A stretch of 63,825 bases of DNA, filler included, from Octopus bimaculoides (lineage: Eukaryota): NCBI RefSeq assembly GCF_001194135.2. It is 6 parts of 6 records of this genome, joined end to end, with 100 filler letters (N's around TTAATTAATTAA, not from the genome) between each part and the next. Parts side by side here need not be neighbours in the genome. Positions count along the whole stretch, not along the records: positions 28,593 to 56,324 come from NC_068995.1; positions 56,425 to 60,795 come from NC_069008.1; positions 60,896 to 62,725 come from NW_026416489.1; positions 62,826 to 63,825 come from NW_026425462.1; 2 more parts are not named here. The stretch is one strand, 5' to 3'. The notes beneath the pieces were generated by a model. It searched no databases, was not told the origin of the DNA, and was given only the letters and a program-made list of their open reading frames with translations. This document shows positions 51,600 through 63,825 of this stretch, piece after piece; the stretch's first letter is position 1, and every line of letters begins with the position of its first letter. The translations under genes and the position numbers were made by a program.

Positions 51600-51885
51600 T
51601 ACCACCAATTGGCCTTTGATTTATCCATTTTAAGCAATCGTTTTTATTTTTCTCGCTCCATAAAGTCATTTTTGGCTGCCAAAATACTAATTTATGACTG
51701 AAATCCAAAACATTAAAACGTTCTCCTCCAGTTAAATCATTGAGTATTAATTTCATAGCAGATCTTAGCTGGTCCGTCTTACGACCGATCATTGAACTAC
51801 TGGTATCTAGCAGAAATAAAATATCTTTTTTCATGGGTTTCAGTTTTTCAGGGATATAGAAGTGGACAAAATAACCATTCGATGA
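51600..51885 (-). CDS. ITIH-like protein exon: start of vWA domain
   Basis: SSNGYFVHFYIPEKLKPMKKDILFLLDTSSSMIGRKTDQLRSAMKLILNDL...WINQRPIGG matches the ITIH pattern NGYFVH[FY]FAP...PKNVVFVID-x-SGSM. Acceptor ttttcttttctttttccag|, donor A|gtaagt. 286 nt, phase 0 to 1. Confidence 0.93.
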
Positions 51886-53717
51886 CTGGAAAAAGAAAAG
51901 AAAACAAAAAGATTAGAGAAGTTCATAAGATATATAGCTTGATTGTAATACTCATATATTTAGTGGGTTAAGAGAAAGCAAGATGTTTAAAGCTGTCGAC
52001 TATTTCAGTTGCCTTTTCGAAGCTAGAAGCTAGTCAATCCTTCACTTTAGTGATGCAATCGCGCATACACAAACATAAACGCGCGTGCGCACACACACAT
52101 ACATACGCGCGCACGCACGCACTCACACACTCGCACGTACCTATGAATGTGTGTATGGATGTATGTATGTATGTATGTATTAGCGCGGAGATGCAGAAAT
52201 ACCTTGTTGGTGTTAGGCTGCACAGTAAAGCAATCTGAAATGAGGGATCCCCTAACTATTGTCACAGAATTCTTCAAGGCGAAGAATACATCGCTGAAAA
52301 ACCTCCGATTTCACATGATTTCTGGTTATCTCGCTTCGGCTTTTCACTTGGTTCTGATCACGGAGACTCAGCGAGCGATACTCGTGTTGTGCAAGTGTTT
52401 ATCACTAAAATCCGATAATGTACAAATGTCTCTTTATGATTACCTCAATTGTCATTTATTTCTACTCTAAGTCCTATGACAATAAAACTAGTAGTGACGT
52501 AGTAAACTAACCGGCTGAAAGCGTGCAGCAAGTTACAACTTTCACCTGTCACCTATGTTTCAAACCAAGCGGCGACGGGGCTGAATAGTCATCTGAGAGG
52601 TAATGGACGACTGAAAGTCAGAAATATCATTGACTGCGAGGAAACAAAAGGGGACATCAATAATCTGTGGAGACGGAGCAGTCATTGTGTACGTATGCAT
52701 GTCATTGTTCAGTTTTATATCAAGGTTTCTTGCCAATAGAAAAAGAGCCCGTTTCTAACATAGATCCAAGGCTCTTTCGTTGGAATTTCAACATCAACAG
52801 TGTATGTATATGTATGTAGATGCGCAGATTTGTATCTTTCCTTTTAGGTACGTATTCTCATGCATATAGTTGCATGTCTCGATATGATATTAACTTAAAG
52901 GTTAAATTTTCAGTGATGGCTTGGATCTGTAGTCTTCGAATCGGCTTTCTTTCCGGCTTTGAGAAGCCTAATTTCTAAAGATTGGTATTTAGGTAGTGTG
53001 TCACATATCCCAGTGCTCCAATAATTACAGGTACAAACCTGAGCTTGTAATCCAGATAAAGTAACTGTAGATTTCTCAATTGTTCAGCGTAGTTATTTCC
53101 TTTATCGCAGATCTTTAGCTTTACGTCAACATCCGCTTGGGCAGCTGATTTCCACGCCCGTACAGTTTTTGTATGGATGTGTTTGTGTGTAATGTAACCA
53201 TTATTAACTCGATATACTTGACGCCCGTGTGTTGTTTAAACGCCAGAGACTACAGTTTATCGTCCTTTTAAAGATGTATAGTGTTAAAAGATTCCAATGC
53301 AAGGTATTGATAAGCTGTGAATACAGCAAAATAAGCATCTATCGGTTTGGAGATTAGTTTTGGTGCAATTTAGGTTAGCTTATCTCTGAATTATACTGTT
53401 TTTTTTTAAGACCGTATGTTTATAAAGGGAGTTTTGTCTGGACGAAAATCCGCAGCATTTGTCGTTTAAACAACACAGGTACGTTAAGTATATGGTATTG
53501 GCAATGATTATATATATATAAATTACATTATGTATATAAATTATATTGTATATATATATAAATTATATTATATATATAATTATATACATGTATATAAATC
53601 ATATATATGTATATAAATCATATCTATTTGTATGTATGTATGTATATACATATATATCATTATACGTATCAGTATATCTGTCTATAGTTATCTATCTATT
53701 TACAGACACTGCACTCC

Positions 53718-53759
<42 letters not shown>

Positions 53760-54721
53760 TGTCTGTATAAAACAGGATTTAATAAGCACATTCAGTTCAT
53801 TATATTTCTTTACTAATGTTTCCTACATCCACATGAATACTTTTGTCGTTATGAGGAAGATTTTAATTACGTTTACTTACGTCCATTCATTCTAAATAAC
53901 CTAAGCATTCAGGATATACCACCACAAAGACGCTCTAGTTAAAAAAAATCGATGATTTAGAATAGGATTTGAATAGCTCTTCCTTCATACTATGTATATT
54001 GCAGATAATATTGATTTTTTTAAAAAATCGTACATGTCTTGCACTACTTGCACGAAGCTTGCTTGGGGGTGGTTGTAGCTGATTAAACAGAAGACAAGAA
54101 TTGGTTAGTTCTATATTTTATTAGTCTCTCCCTCAGAAAGAAACGAAAGGCGAAATTGAGTTCCGAAAAATTTGAACTCGGCAGAGCAATGCGTTTTATC
54201 TCCAGCTCTGCAAAATCGGCCAATCCACCGACCTTGGATGTAGATAATTTTCGTATGTTTGGTCTAAATGCTCATGCTTGTTTTCAGATATATACTTTGT
54301 TCTGGTTTCATAAGTTCTGAGAAATACAAAGCCTTCCTTTCATAAACCTCAAGTTACTAATAGTGAATGTGTATTATATATGTTGCATGTACACCAGAGA
54401 AATATGTCCTGCGTATCACGTGTGGTATACACAGAACAGAGAAAGGGTTAAACAATTGGAAAACATGTACTTGATGGTGTAGTCTGTTAGAATGACACTA
54501 ACGCGTTATTTTAACGGTAGCAAAATGATAAGAATGCCGAGCTCACCACAAACTGATGGAAACCCAGAAGATAAACTGTTAGGCGTTTTATCTAACGACT
54601 CTGCCATTTCTGTACAGGCAAAAGATCTCACATTTATGTGAGGTATATAGTGAAGTATATCGACCACAATTCCACAATTCCTACTTTATTTCATCACCTG
54701 TACATACATATATGTATATGT

Positions 54722-54772
<51 letters not shown>

Positions 54773-55563
54773 AGTGTTGCTGTACGAAAAGGTGAATATA
54801 AAGATTAGGGTTAATTACTTTTTCACAATCTTATAATCCAGTATTATAATTCGATGAATAATTTCATAAAAATCAGGAAACTAAAATTTATTTTGCTTTA
54901 TTTGATAAAAAAAAAAAAACGTCACCCCCAACTTAAATCGATCACCACTTTTGACCCAAATCATACAAAATTCTAATGGGGTTCATAACACCTGCTCAAG
55001 TTTTTATCAAACTTGGTGTATTGACTCAATGCAATACAGAAATAGTATATCTGAAACTTCAGCTTTCTAGTCGAAGTAGTTCCGGAGTTATGAGCTTTTA
55101 AACATCACTAGTTGGCACTAGATTCACACTTCAATATGTCCACTGCCTAAATCCTAGTAAACGCAAGAGAGATGTGGAATAAAAGTGTATTTATACATTT
55201 TTAAGATTACTGAATTGAAATTGCTCTATGCAAAGGTTCGAAACTAGGCTATTTTAAGACAGAGGCCACTGCAAACATTCGATAACATACAAAATTAAAA
55301 ACAGTACATATTCTTAACTTTATGGGTTTAATTCCAATTTTAAATAACTGTATTAGAAAAAAGGTGCTGAATGTTAGCAAATTTTTAAAACAAAGAATTA
55401 ATGTGTTTTGTTCGATAAAATAAATCGAAGCTGAAGTTTCTCCTTTTTACAATCATCATAAAGACCTTGAAGGCACTTGATTGCCCGTTCTGCACTCTAA
55501 TTTGTTCTGGGGATTCCCAGTAAATACGCACGCGCGCGCCCACGCCCACGCGCACGCGCACGC

Positions 55564-55607
<44 letters not shown>

Positions 55608-56324
55608 ACGTACGTAGATATATGTATGTGCTCACATGGAATACATTTTCTTAATATCAACGCATAAAAATCATTGCATGAATTGATCTTTAAATAGTTT
55701 TTGAATTTGTAATTCCGAAAATTGTATAAATTCTCAAAATATTTTTGTTCCGTCGTTTGCACATCTGCAGCTATTTTCAGACATATGATTTATATCATTT
55801 TGTTGATGGGTATATAATTTGAAATTTTTTTTTTTTGCACAACCAATTAACGATTTGCCTCTGATGAAATAGAATATCATGTGATTCGACGATTGCTACT
55901 CATAATCCTGCCAGAAAACACATTTGTAAATAAAACCGGACACAGTTATATTGCAACAGATATTTTTGATATGCTTATCTAAGGGTTTTTTTTTTGCACC
56001 GCTAAATAGATTTACGTACGAGGTATTTTCAAATATTTGTACATAATTATTGCTAATATTTCCATATGAAATATTTCTCGTTTTGACAGGGTGATATGCT
56101 TTACAGGATTAAGTGATACACATTTAGCAAATCGACATTAAAATTTACTTTCTAGATCACTTTCAGGTACGAATTTCATGAAGATGCTACTTACGTTACT
56201 AAAACAAAACTATACACAAGATCATAGGCATTTACATATTTTCGAAAAATATATGCTGTGTCGAAAAACATACTAATTTGGAGGTTTAATAACACACACA
56301 CACACACAATATATATATATATAT

Positions 56325-56424
56325 NNNNNNNNNNNNNNNNNNNNNNNNNNNNNNNNNNNNNNNNNNNNTTAATTAATTAANNNNNNNNNNNNNNNNNNNN
56401 NNNNNNNNNNNNNNNNNNNNNNNN
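56325..56424. other. Artificial scaffold-join linker
   Basis: 44N + TTAATTAATTAA (56369-56380) + 44N. Confidence 0.95.
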
Positions 56425-59211
56425 ATGGCATCGAGGTATATTTGTAGAAAATTTCACGAAATAATATTCATTTTCTTGGAAGTTAAGAGGAATTTAAGTG
56501 GACTCTGTTGGAATTTCCGAAAATTGTCCCCCACCCTCATTCCAAAACAGTTTCACCGAAATTTTTTGTATATTCGGAATCTAAATAATAAACAATATAT
56601 ACATAGAAAATTTCATTAAAAAATATTCATTTTTCTGAAAGTTATGACCTTCCAAAGTCGGTGGGGGGTACAACTCTGTAGTTATGCCTATTTTTTAAAT
56701 GAAACTCGGACTATGTTGATTCCAAGGAAATAGAAATTGACGCAACAAACAGATAAATGAAGCCCTTACCAGAAAACTCGTTAGGCTGAAAATAACTACA
56801 GGTCTGCTACACAGAAATATGTCATTAAGGCGACGTACCTGTTGCATACTTTTATTTCAATTTAAATTCGTAGGTAACTGTAGAACTATCATTGTTCTAA
56901 AGGTAAAACGTCTGGAGAAGAAATATCTTTTTCCAATGTTGTATGTGTTTCACCTTTTATAATCTTTCTGTATCCTTGAGACGTCACATAATTGAATAAT
57001 TTATACACATTATGAAGTAATTAAACTGAACGTTTATAAACTTACCATTTCAAAACGTAAACAGCGCAGCAGGTGCCCGTTGGAAAGAATAGTCTGAAGA
57101 GGTTGTTTCCCTTTAAAAAGTTATTTCCCGAATGATCCAGTAGGTGGCGCTACCCAATCATGTTTTGTTTATATTGAATATTTTCTTTCACTTTCTGCAC
57201 TCTGTGACTAGGGTTCGATCCCGCATCGGGAAAGCGGCAAGCTGGCAGAATCATTACGAAGCCGGGCAAAATGCTTAGCACCATTCCGTTGGTGTTTACG
57301 TTGTTAGTTCAAATTCCGCCGAGGTCGATTTTGAGAACTGGCGATGGATACGAAAGTAGTGTAGCGAGATGCGTCGCCTAAGATGTTGTTGAGGTCGGAG
57401 GTGAAATAGGCATGTGGACGACATCAATGGGAAAGCATCGGATTGTGGTTGAAATAAATCATTTAACCGACACTTGCATTTACGTGTTGTATACACTAGA
57501 AAATTCGTTACACGATATTACCAATTTGCTTCGAGCTGGGAAATACTGTGTCGATGTAATCAGGTAGAACCGGGTATGTTTTGTGTCTGTGTTGGTCATT
57601 CGGTGGTGTCTGTATTAATGATGTACACAAATATATGACAGGTTTATATTATACTGAAATACGCATAATGTGATCGCATACAGACAAATATATTAAGATA
57701 CTAAATTTACAAAATGATACATGTGGCGTGATGGACGAAAAAGACAACAAGAAGCAAAAGGACAGAATGAAACGTTGGACCTTAGCTCGTAAACCGCGGC
57801 GGAGTAAACAATCGCTCTAGATCAAAACACGTCTTCCTCATAAGCTGTCTGTCTTCTGACTGCCCGACGTGCTGGCCTTCGACCGCGTGTGTCCGACCTT
57901 TCCGGTCTGGCTTCACTTCCGTTTGCCTCATCTCTCTCCACCACCAACACACAGCTCATAACACCACATTACAAAGAAGAGACAAAAAGTAAATATTTCT
58001 GTTTATTTAGAAACCAACAATGAAATTAACTATTTCTGTTTATTTAGAAAACTACAATGAACAGCTGAGACGCTAAACTATAAATTTTACAGGGTACACC
58101 ATTAAAGTTGACACCGCTCGGCTAAAGGTAGAAAATTATGCAACGCTATTGGCTAAAAATGGTTTAATTATTTATTTGTTTTTTAAACCCATGTTTTCTC
58201 CAATTTTTCCTCCACATCATACCTTCAAGGCAACGAGACTGGAAGGCTTACATTATTATAGCCAATTTTCAGATTTTTTACTTTCTTTTAAAAACGGATA
58301 TTTTACAAATGAAAAAAGAAATCAAATAAAGAAAAAGATTAAAACTTCACACACCCATACTTCCAGCAACTCGTTTCTTTGTCTGTCAGCTCGGCTATCT
58401 TTCCTAACTCTGTGCACATCCGATACCTTTCCGAACTGTGAAACACAAGCTCGGTACTCTCACTTGCAGATACCCAAATACTTACCCCATAAGTACAGCA
58501 ACAAAGTGTTTCTTAGAAGGATGCTCAAAGCGTTTTCATTGCCACTAAAACTTTTAAGAGTTGCAGTTTGCACACACTTTCCTCTGTACAACACCACTTC
58601 CTCAGAGGTGAGCACAGGGTCAAAGTAACCGATTCCCCCCGCCCCACCACCAAATTTCAAGCCTTGTGCCAGGAGTAGAAACGACAGTTTACTTGTCTCA
58701 ACGCATTCAGTGTATCTGGTGATATTATTTCAGGTATTTTCATATTCGGTTGCAGAAGACTTATTTCTGTAAGATTTAACTGCCATTACAAGCATGTCAG
58801 CTGCTATGTTTTGATTATTTATTTATCGTTTCTAATTCAGGAACACGCCAGTAAATCTGAAGGACAGGTACTTTAGTTGAAAGATTCCATGGTGGGGTGA
58901 AATAAAAGCCAAAGTTGACCATCACAAGATTTGAATGCAGACTGTAAAGACCTGGAATATATGCTGTAGCACATTTTTTCCAACGCTCTAATGATTCGCC
59001 CAACTTGTCGCTTATCATCTGAAGCAGACAAATACATACCTAGCTAGCTAGATAGGTAGACAGATAGATAAATAGATCGATATGTGTTAGAGAGATACTA
59101 AGGGAAGTTAGAAATTAGCTGTACTTTCACCAAATTTTTGTTTAAAAATGATGATACTTTTATGGTTGTATAGACCTTTATTACCCCAGTTTTATGTGAC
59201 ACAGTAAAGAT

Positions 59212-59337
59212 AGGTGCTCCTCTGGCAGTATGCACCAAGGAAGAACAGGGATCAATAGACCAATTTCGTTAGTCCAAAGGTGTGTTGGCAGATGAAATTC
59301 AGTGGTGGATCAAAAAATCTACTGCTAGACAAGCATA
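59212..59337 (+). mobile_element. Mariner transposase N-terminal relic
   Basis: GAPLAVCTKEEQGSIDQFR*SKGV resembles the mariner start APL-x-x-CTKEEQRSVIRFL-x-SEGV. Confidence 0.55.
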
Positions 59338-60795
59338 AACCACAAAGAGAAAGTTTGATGACCATCAAATTCCACCACTATCATTATGATTTAATATACA
59401 AAGTTATCCTCTTGTCCATCTCTCATTNNNNNNNNNNNNNNNNNNNNNNNNNNNNNNNNNNNNNNNNNTATTTATATAAAATAATGCCAAATCTGTGAAT
59501 CCTATGCTTTATTGATCAACACAAGAATTGATTAGATGTTCTACATGTAAGACTGACAGAAGGAGAATTTAAGAGAGAGAAATGATGCAAAAAGTAAAGA
59601 TTATAGGCCACACAGTCAAGACAATAAATGATTGAGAAGACAGAGAGATTGAGAAATAGGAGAGAGAAGCAAGACAGACAAACCGAAGGATAAACTGAGA
59701 AAGAGACAGAGAGAGAGAGAGGAGGAGTAAAGCTGTGAGAGCAGAACAGGTCTCTCACTTTAGAGGAGCTTCATGACTGTTGTGAAGTGTGAAGAGGCAG
59801 GAAGGATCATGAGGAATCTCGTGGATTTCATAGAAAGAGATGAAAATGGTGGTGATGAAGTGGGCGTTCAAAGTACAAGAATGAATAGGGTAGAGGGATA
59901 GCGAAAGGGTGAACAGATGGAAAGTAGGCAACCTGTAATGATATAATCTGTAAGGTCACAGAGAGGGAGAGGTGGAATAGGAAGTGAGTGAGAATTCAAA
60001 ACAGTACAATGATAATACAGGAGAAGGACAACAAAAGTGACATGATTTTGGATAATTTGCAGGAACAGGTGTAGGGGAGGCATAATGAAAGACATACAAA
60101 CAGTGAATAAATGATGTTTATTAGAAATATTACAGCAATAAGTGACACATTTATGTCGACATAGTAGTAGTTATATGTAAAATAGCATTATATTTTCTTT
60201 CCTTTGTGAATACATTGATGATTATATAAGTTATCATAGAATGAACGTTGACAAAAAGTGTATCTTGGTTTTACAGCACATGTATGGCATGCCTTGCCTA
60301 TGTAATGTAAAAGGTGATTAAACGGATGGAATAAGGAAAAGCATTTAGCTTTAAAAAGATCATTTCAAAATGGGGAAACAAAATGAGATTACTTATTAGG
60401 TAAACTTGAGGGTAAGTTTTGCTTCAGCAAATAAAAAACGGTCTTGAGATGTTTATTGTTGTGTGAGGTAATGAACTTGGACAATAATACAGTTACACTT
60501 CCAAGTGAATAGCTAAATGGAGAGCTAACTCACTTTTGTTAGAGAATAAATTCCCACAGATATGCAAATGCTGTGACTTTTCTCCTGTCTGAATACATTT
60601 GTGAGTACGAAAAATGTTTGTTTGAAAAGATGATATACCATAGAGGTCACAGTGATATGCTTTTTCTCCCGCATAAACGCATATATGAGTAGTTAAATTA
60701 AACCTTGAAGTGAATGATTTACTACAGATATCAGATATATTGTTGTTTTTTATGAAAACGTTTGTGACTATCTAAGGAATTTGAATGAAAGATTT

Positions 60796-60895
60796 NNNNN
60801 NNNNNNNNNNNNNNNNNNNNNNNNNNNNNNNNNNNNNNNTTAATTAATTAANNNNNNNNNNNNNNNNNNNNNNNNNNNNNNNNNNNNNNNNNNNN
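60796..60895. other. Artificial scaffold-join linker
   Basis: 44N + TTAATTAATTAA (60840-60851) + 44N. Confidence 0.95.
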
Positions 60896-61002
60896 AATCA
60901 GATTGGAGCCTGGTGTCGCCTCCTGGTCCACCAGCCCTCAGTCAATCGTAGAACCCATGCTAGCATGGAAAGCGGACGTTAAACGACGATGATGATGATG
61001 AT
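60896..61002 (+). mobile_element. Family D 3' end with (GAT)n tail
   Basis: Shares the diagnostic GTGTCGCCTCCTGGTCCACC variant with the 2819-2995 copy. Confidence 0.8.
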
Positions 61003-62049
61003 ATACCTCTATATACATATATACATACATACATATATATACACATACATATACCTTTATATATACATATATAGCTACATATATATAGCTATACATACAT
61101 ATATATACCTATATATATACATGTCATAATGTCTTACGTTTAAGATGATTCCCATGCTTTCCCTGATGAGAAGGTTACAATTTTAATATCAAAGATCCCT
61201 ATGGATCACACAGGTTGTAATCCTTTGAAACATATGTAGGAATAAAGTATGCAATTATAACATGCGTTTTCTCCAATCCTTAAATTCTTAAATATACTCA
61301 AATACCCAAAATTTCAAGGAGTTCCTGCCTTAAAAACAGGAGCTAACAACAGTTATTTTGTGTTCTTTGCTACATTGGTTTCTATTAACCCATTTATTCT
61401 ATCAGAAGAATTTTTATTCATTAAGATAGAAGAAATACACATAATTATATNNNNNNNNNNNNNNNNNNNNNNNNNNNNNNNNNNNNNNNNNNNNNNNNNN
61501 NNNNNNNNNNNNNNNNNNNNNNNNNNNNNNNNNNNNNNNNNNNNNNNNNNNNNNNNNNNNNNNNNNNNNNNNNNNNNNNNNNNNNNNNNNNNNNNNNNNN
61601 NNNNNNNNNNNNNNNNNNNNNNNNNNNNNNNNNNNNNNNNNNNNNNNNNNNNNNNNNNNNNNNNNNNNNNNNNNNNNNNNNNNNNNNNNNNNNNNNNNNN
61701 NNNNNNNNNNNNNNNNNNNNNNNNNNNNNNNNNNNNNNNNNNNNNNNNNNNNNNNNNNNNNNNNNNNNNNNNNNNNNNNNNNNNNNNNNNNNNNNNNNNN
61801 NNNNNNNNNNNNNNNNNNNNNNNNNNNNNNNNNNNNNNNNNNNNNNNNNNNNNNNNNNNNNNNNNNNNNNNNNNNNNNNNNNNNNNNNNNNNNNNNNNNN
61901 NNNNNNNNNNNNNNNNNNNNNNNNNNNNNNNNNNNNNNNNNNNNNNNNNNNNNNNNNNNNNNNNNNNNNNNNNNNNNNNNNNNNNNNNNNNNNNNNNNNN
62001 NNNNNNNNNNNNNNNNNNNNNNNNNNNNNNNNNNNNNNNNNNNNNNNNN

Positions 62050-62672
62050 ACACAAAACTCCACATGCAAAGACCTGTTGAGGCAAGTGAAATCGGAATCC
62101 AAATCGAACTAAATTTAACGACTGGCACCCATGCCAACGTCGTCTCCTTCATTGGACACGAAACTTGGTTTGTGAAGACCTGTTGGGGTAAGCGAAAGTG
62201 AAATCGTGATGGCACCTGTGCCCAGCTTCGCCTTCCTGGCACTTGTGCCGGTGGAATGTGTAAAAACATTCGAGTGAGATCGTTGCCAGTGCCGCTGGAC
62301 TGGCTCCTATGCAGGACATGAAACTCAGCTTGTGAAGACCTCTTGGGGCAAGCAAAAGCAAAATCTTGATAGCACCTGTGCCCCTCGTCGCCTTCCTGGC
62401 ACTTGTGCTGGTGATATTTGTAAAGACATTCGAGCGAGATAGTTGCCAGTTCTGATGGACTGGCGCCTGTGCAGGTGGCACGTAAAATACACCATTTTGG
62501 GCGTGGCCGTTGCCAGTACCACTATCTGAGTGGTTGGCGTTAGGAAGGCCATCCAGCTGTAGAAACTCTGCCAAATCAGATCGGAGCATGGTGTAGCCAT
62601 GCAGTTCACCAATCCTCAGTCTAATTGTCCAACCATGCTAGCATGGAAAACGGACATTAAATGATGATGATG
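62050..62672 (+). mobile_element. Family D long copy with internal tandem duplication
   Basis: TGTGAAGACCT...GCACCTGTGCCC...TCGCCTTCCTGGCACTTGTGC repeated, then GTGGTTGGCGTTAGGAAGG...ATGATGATGATGA. Confidence 0.8.
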
Positions 62673-62675
62673 AGG

Positions 62676-62713
<38 letters not shown>

Positions 62714-62725
62714 TTTCTGTATATA

Positions 62726-62825
62726 NNNNNNNNNNNNNNNNNNNNNNNNNNNNNNNNNNNNNNNNNNNNTTAATTAATTAANNNNNNNNNNNNNNNNNNN
62801 NNNNNNNNNNNNNNNNNNNNNNNNN
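62726..62825. other. Artificial scaffold-join linker
   Basis: 44N + TTAATTAATTAA (62770-62781) + 44N. Confidence 0.95.
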
Positions 62826-62866
<41 letters not shown>

Positions 62867-63237
62867 GTAATAACTGCATTATATATTATATATTATACTC
62901 TTTATTGTATTTTGTGGTGCTTTTGATACCCCGGCCATGGGAAAAATTGTCTCGTATGAAACCGGTCTATGGTGCATAAAAAGAATGGGGACATTTGCTC
63001 AGATGCACCGCATAATGACAAAATGTTTAGTGTTGTTTCCACGTCTTGATAATTTACTGAGTACATGTTGTTTATAATTTTCCTTATCAATCATTTTATA
63101 TTTCCCACTTAAATAATATGTGTTCGTGTTATCCTAATTTATTGCTACGTTTAGGCATTACCCTCGTAATATTAGAAAATTTCTTTAAAAAATGATACAA
63201 TAAAAGTTAAAGAATTTTGAAAGAAAATTGAACTTAC

Positions 63238-63311
63238 TGCGGCAAATGAAGAAAAATATTAAACGTAATCAGAATCCATTTCAGTGAAGTTGCATATTGT
63301 TTGGTCTCCAT
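63238..63311 (-). CDS. Candidate first coding exon with hydrophobic N-terminus (signal peptide or TM1)
   Basis: GAAGC-ATG-G Kozak context. Encodes METKQYATSLKWILITFNIFLHLP. Donor CA|gtaagt at 63237; upstream acceptor atgtttcag| at 63365-63366 would give exon 63364-63238 including 5' UTR. Confidence 0.45.
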
Positions 63312-63825
63312 GCTTCTGTTTTCTTGTCTCTTCATGTCTCATTCTCAGCATTCTGTTTACCTACCTGAAACATATGGATCAATTACTATGGCAATACTTA
63401 TTCATACTGTTCGATCTTTATTATATAATTTAGATTTGCAAACGGTTTCCTTTGCTGTAACATGAATTGATTGCGTGCCCTGCAAATGAAACAACCAAAT
63501 ATAACATTGAAGTAAACAGCTTCAAGTCATTTTATTCAATGCAACAGTCACTGAATTATTAAGCTTAACTTAGAATCAATACATTGATTAATCGAGAGAG
63601 TATTCTGATTCTTATCGACAAAGATGTTCTGAAGTCCTCTTTAGCTAGCAAGGGGTTTTGGGGTGGGGGGATTCAGTAAATATTTGTAATAACGGAATGG
63701 GACTTCACCAGAGTATTTAGTTTTGCTTCGTTTTTCGCATTTTATCATTCAAACATACTTCACGGAGCCGATACTGTTTATTGAACCATGATATACATAT
63801 ACCCCCTTCCCTCCTTCCTTCCCTC

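Noticed and set aside
52190-52300. Possible upstream ITIH exon (DVFFALKNSVTIVRGSLISDCFTVQPNTNK|gt)
   Set aside because: The donor phase fits, but the expected Y-D-V-x-R motif and any ITIH similarity are absent.
55385-55520. ORF YWESPEQIRVQNG... as an ITIH linker exon
   Set aside because: No splice sites; another frame (SAERAIKCLQGLYDDCKKEKLQLRF) looks like a decayed DNA-transposase C-terminus.
58330-58660. Minus-strand ORF MKFGGGAGG...GICK with possible TGA (Sec) read-through
   Set aside because: No recognisable selenoprotein motif or SECIS, and no homology; a single TGA between two short open stretches is common by chance.

Overview
AT-rich, repeat-dense eukaryotic DNA. The SINE/LINE families, microsatellite load and gene content point to an octopus genome (species inferred, not shown by the sequence). 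The window is not continuous: five identical 100-bp assembly linkers (44 N + TTAATTAATTAA + 44 N) split it into six joined pieces (1-9263, 9364-28492, 28593-56324, 56425-60795, 60896-62725, 62826-63825). Two genes are recognisable, both incomplete. (1) A purine nucleoside phosphorylase (PNP) exon on + at 7312-7481. (2) Three consecutive in-frame exons of an inter-alpha-trypsin-inhibitor heavy chain (ITIH)-like vWA protein on - (51885-51600, 40706-40339, 37529-37185). A signal-peptide-like first coding exon at 63311-63238 (-) may belong to the ITIH-like gene. The remainder is transposon debris and simple repeats: maT/DD37D and mariner relics, Merlin-, Harbinger- and mariner-type MITEs, a Chapaev3-like relic, Dong/R4-type LINE ends in (AAT)n, several SINE families, a 33-bp minisatellite and many microsatellites. 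Most ORF-track entries are artefacts of microsatellites or N gaps. I found no convincing new biological system. The most interesting observations are several long fold-back structures, mostly inside probable introns (candidate dsRNA/ADAR substrates), a 132-bp palindrome, retroelements stacked in AAT tracts, and a polybasic insert in the ITIH-like protein. Repeat boundaries are approximate unless TIRs or TSDs are cited.
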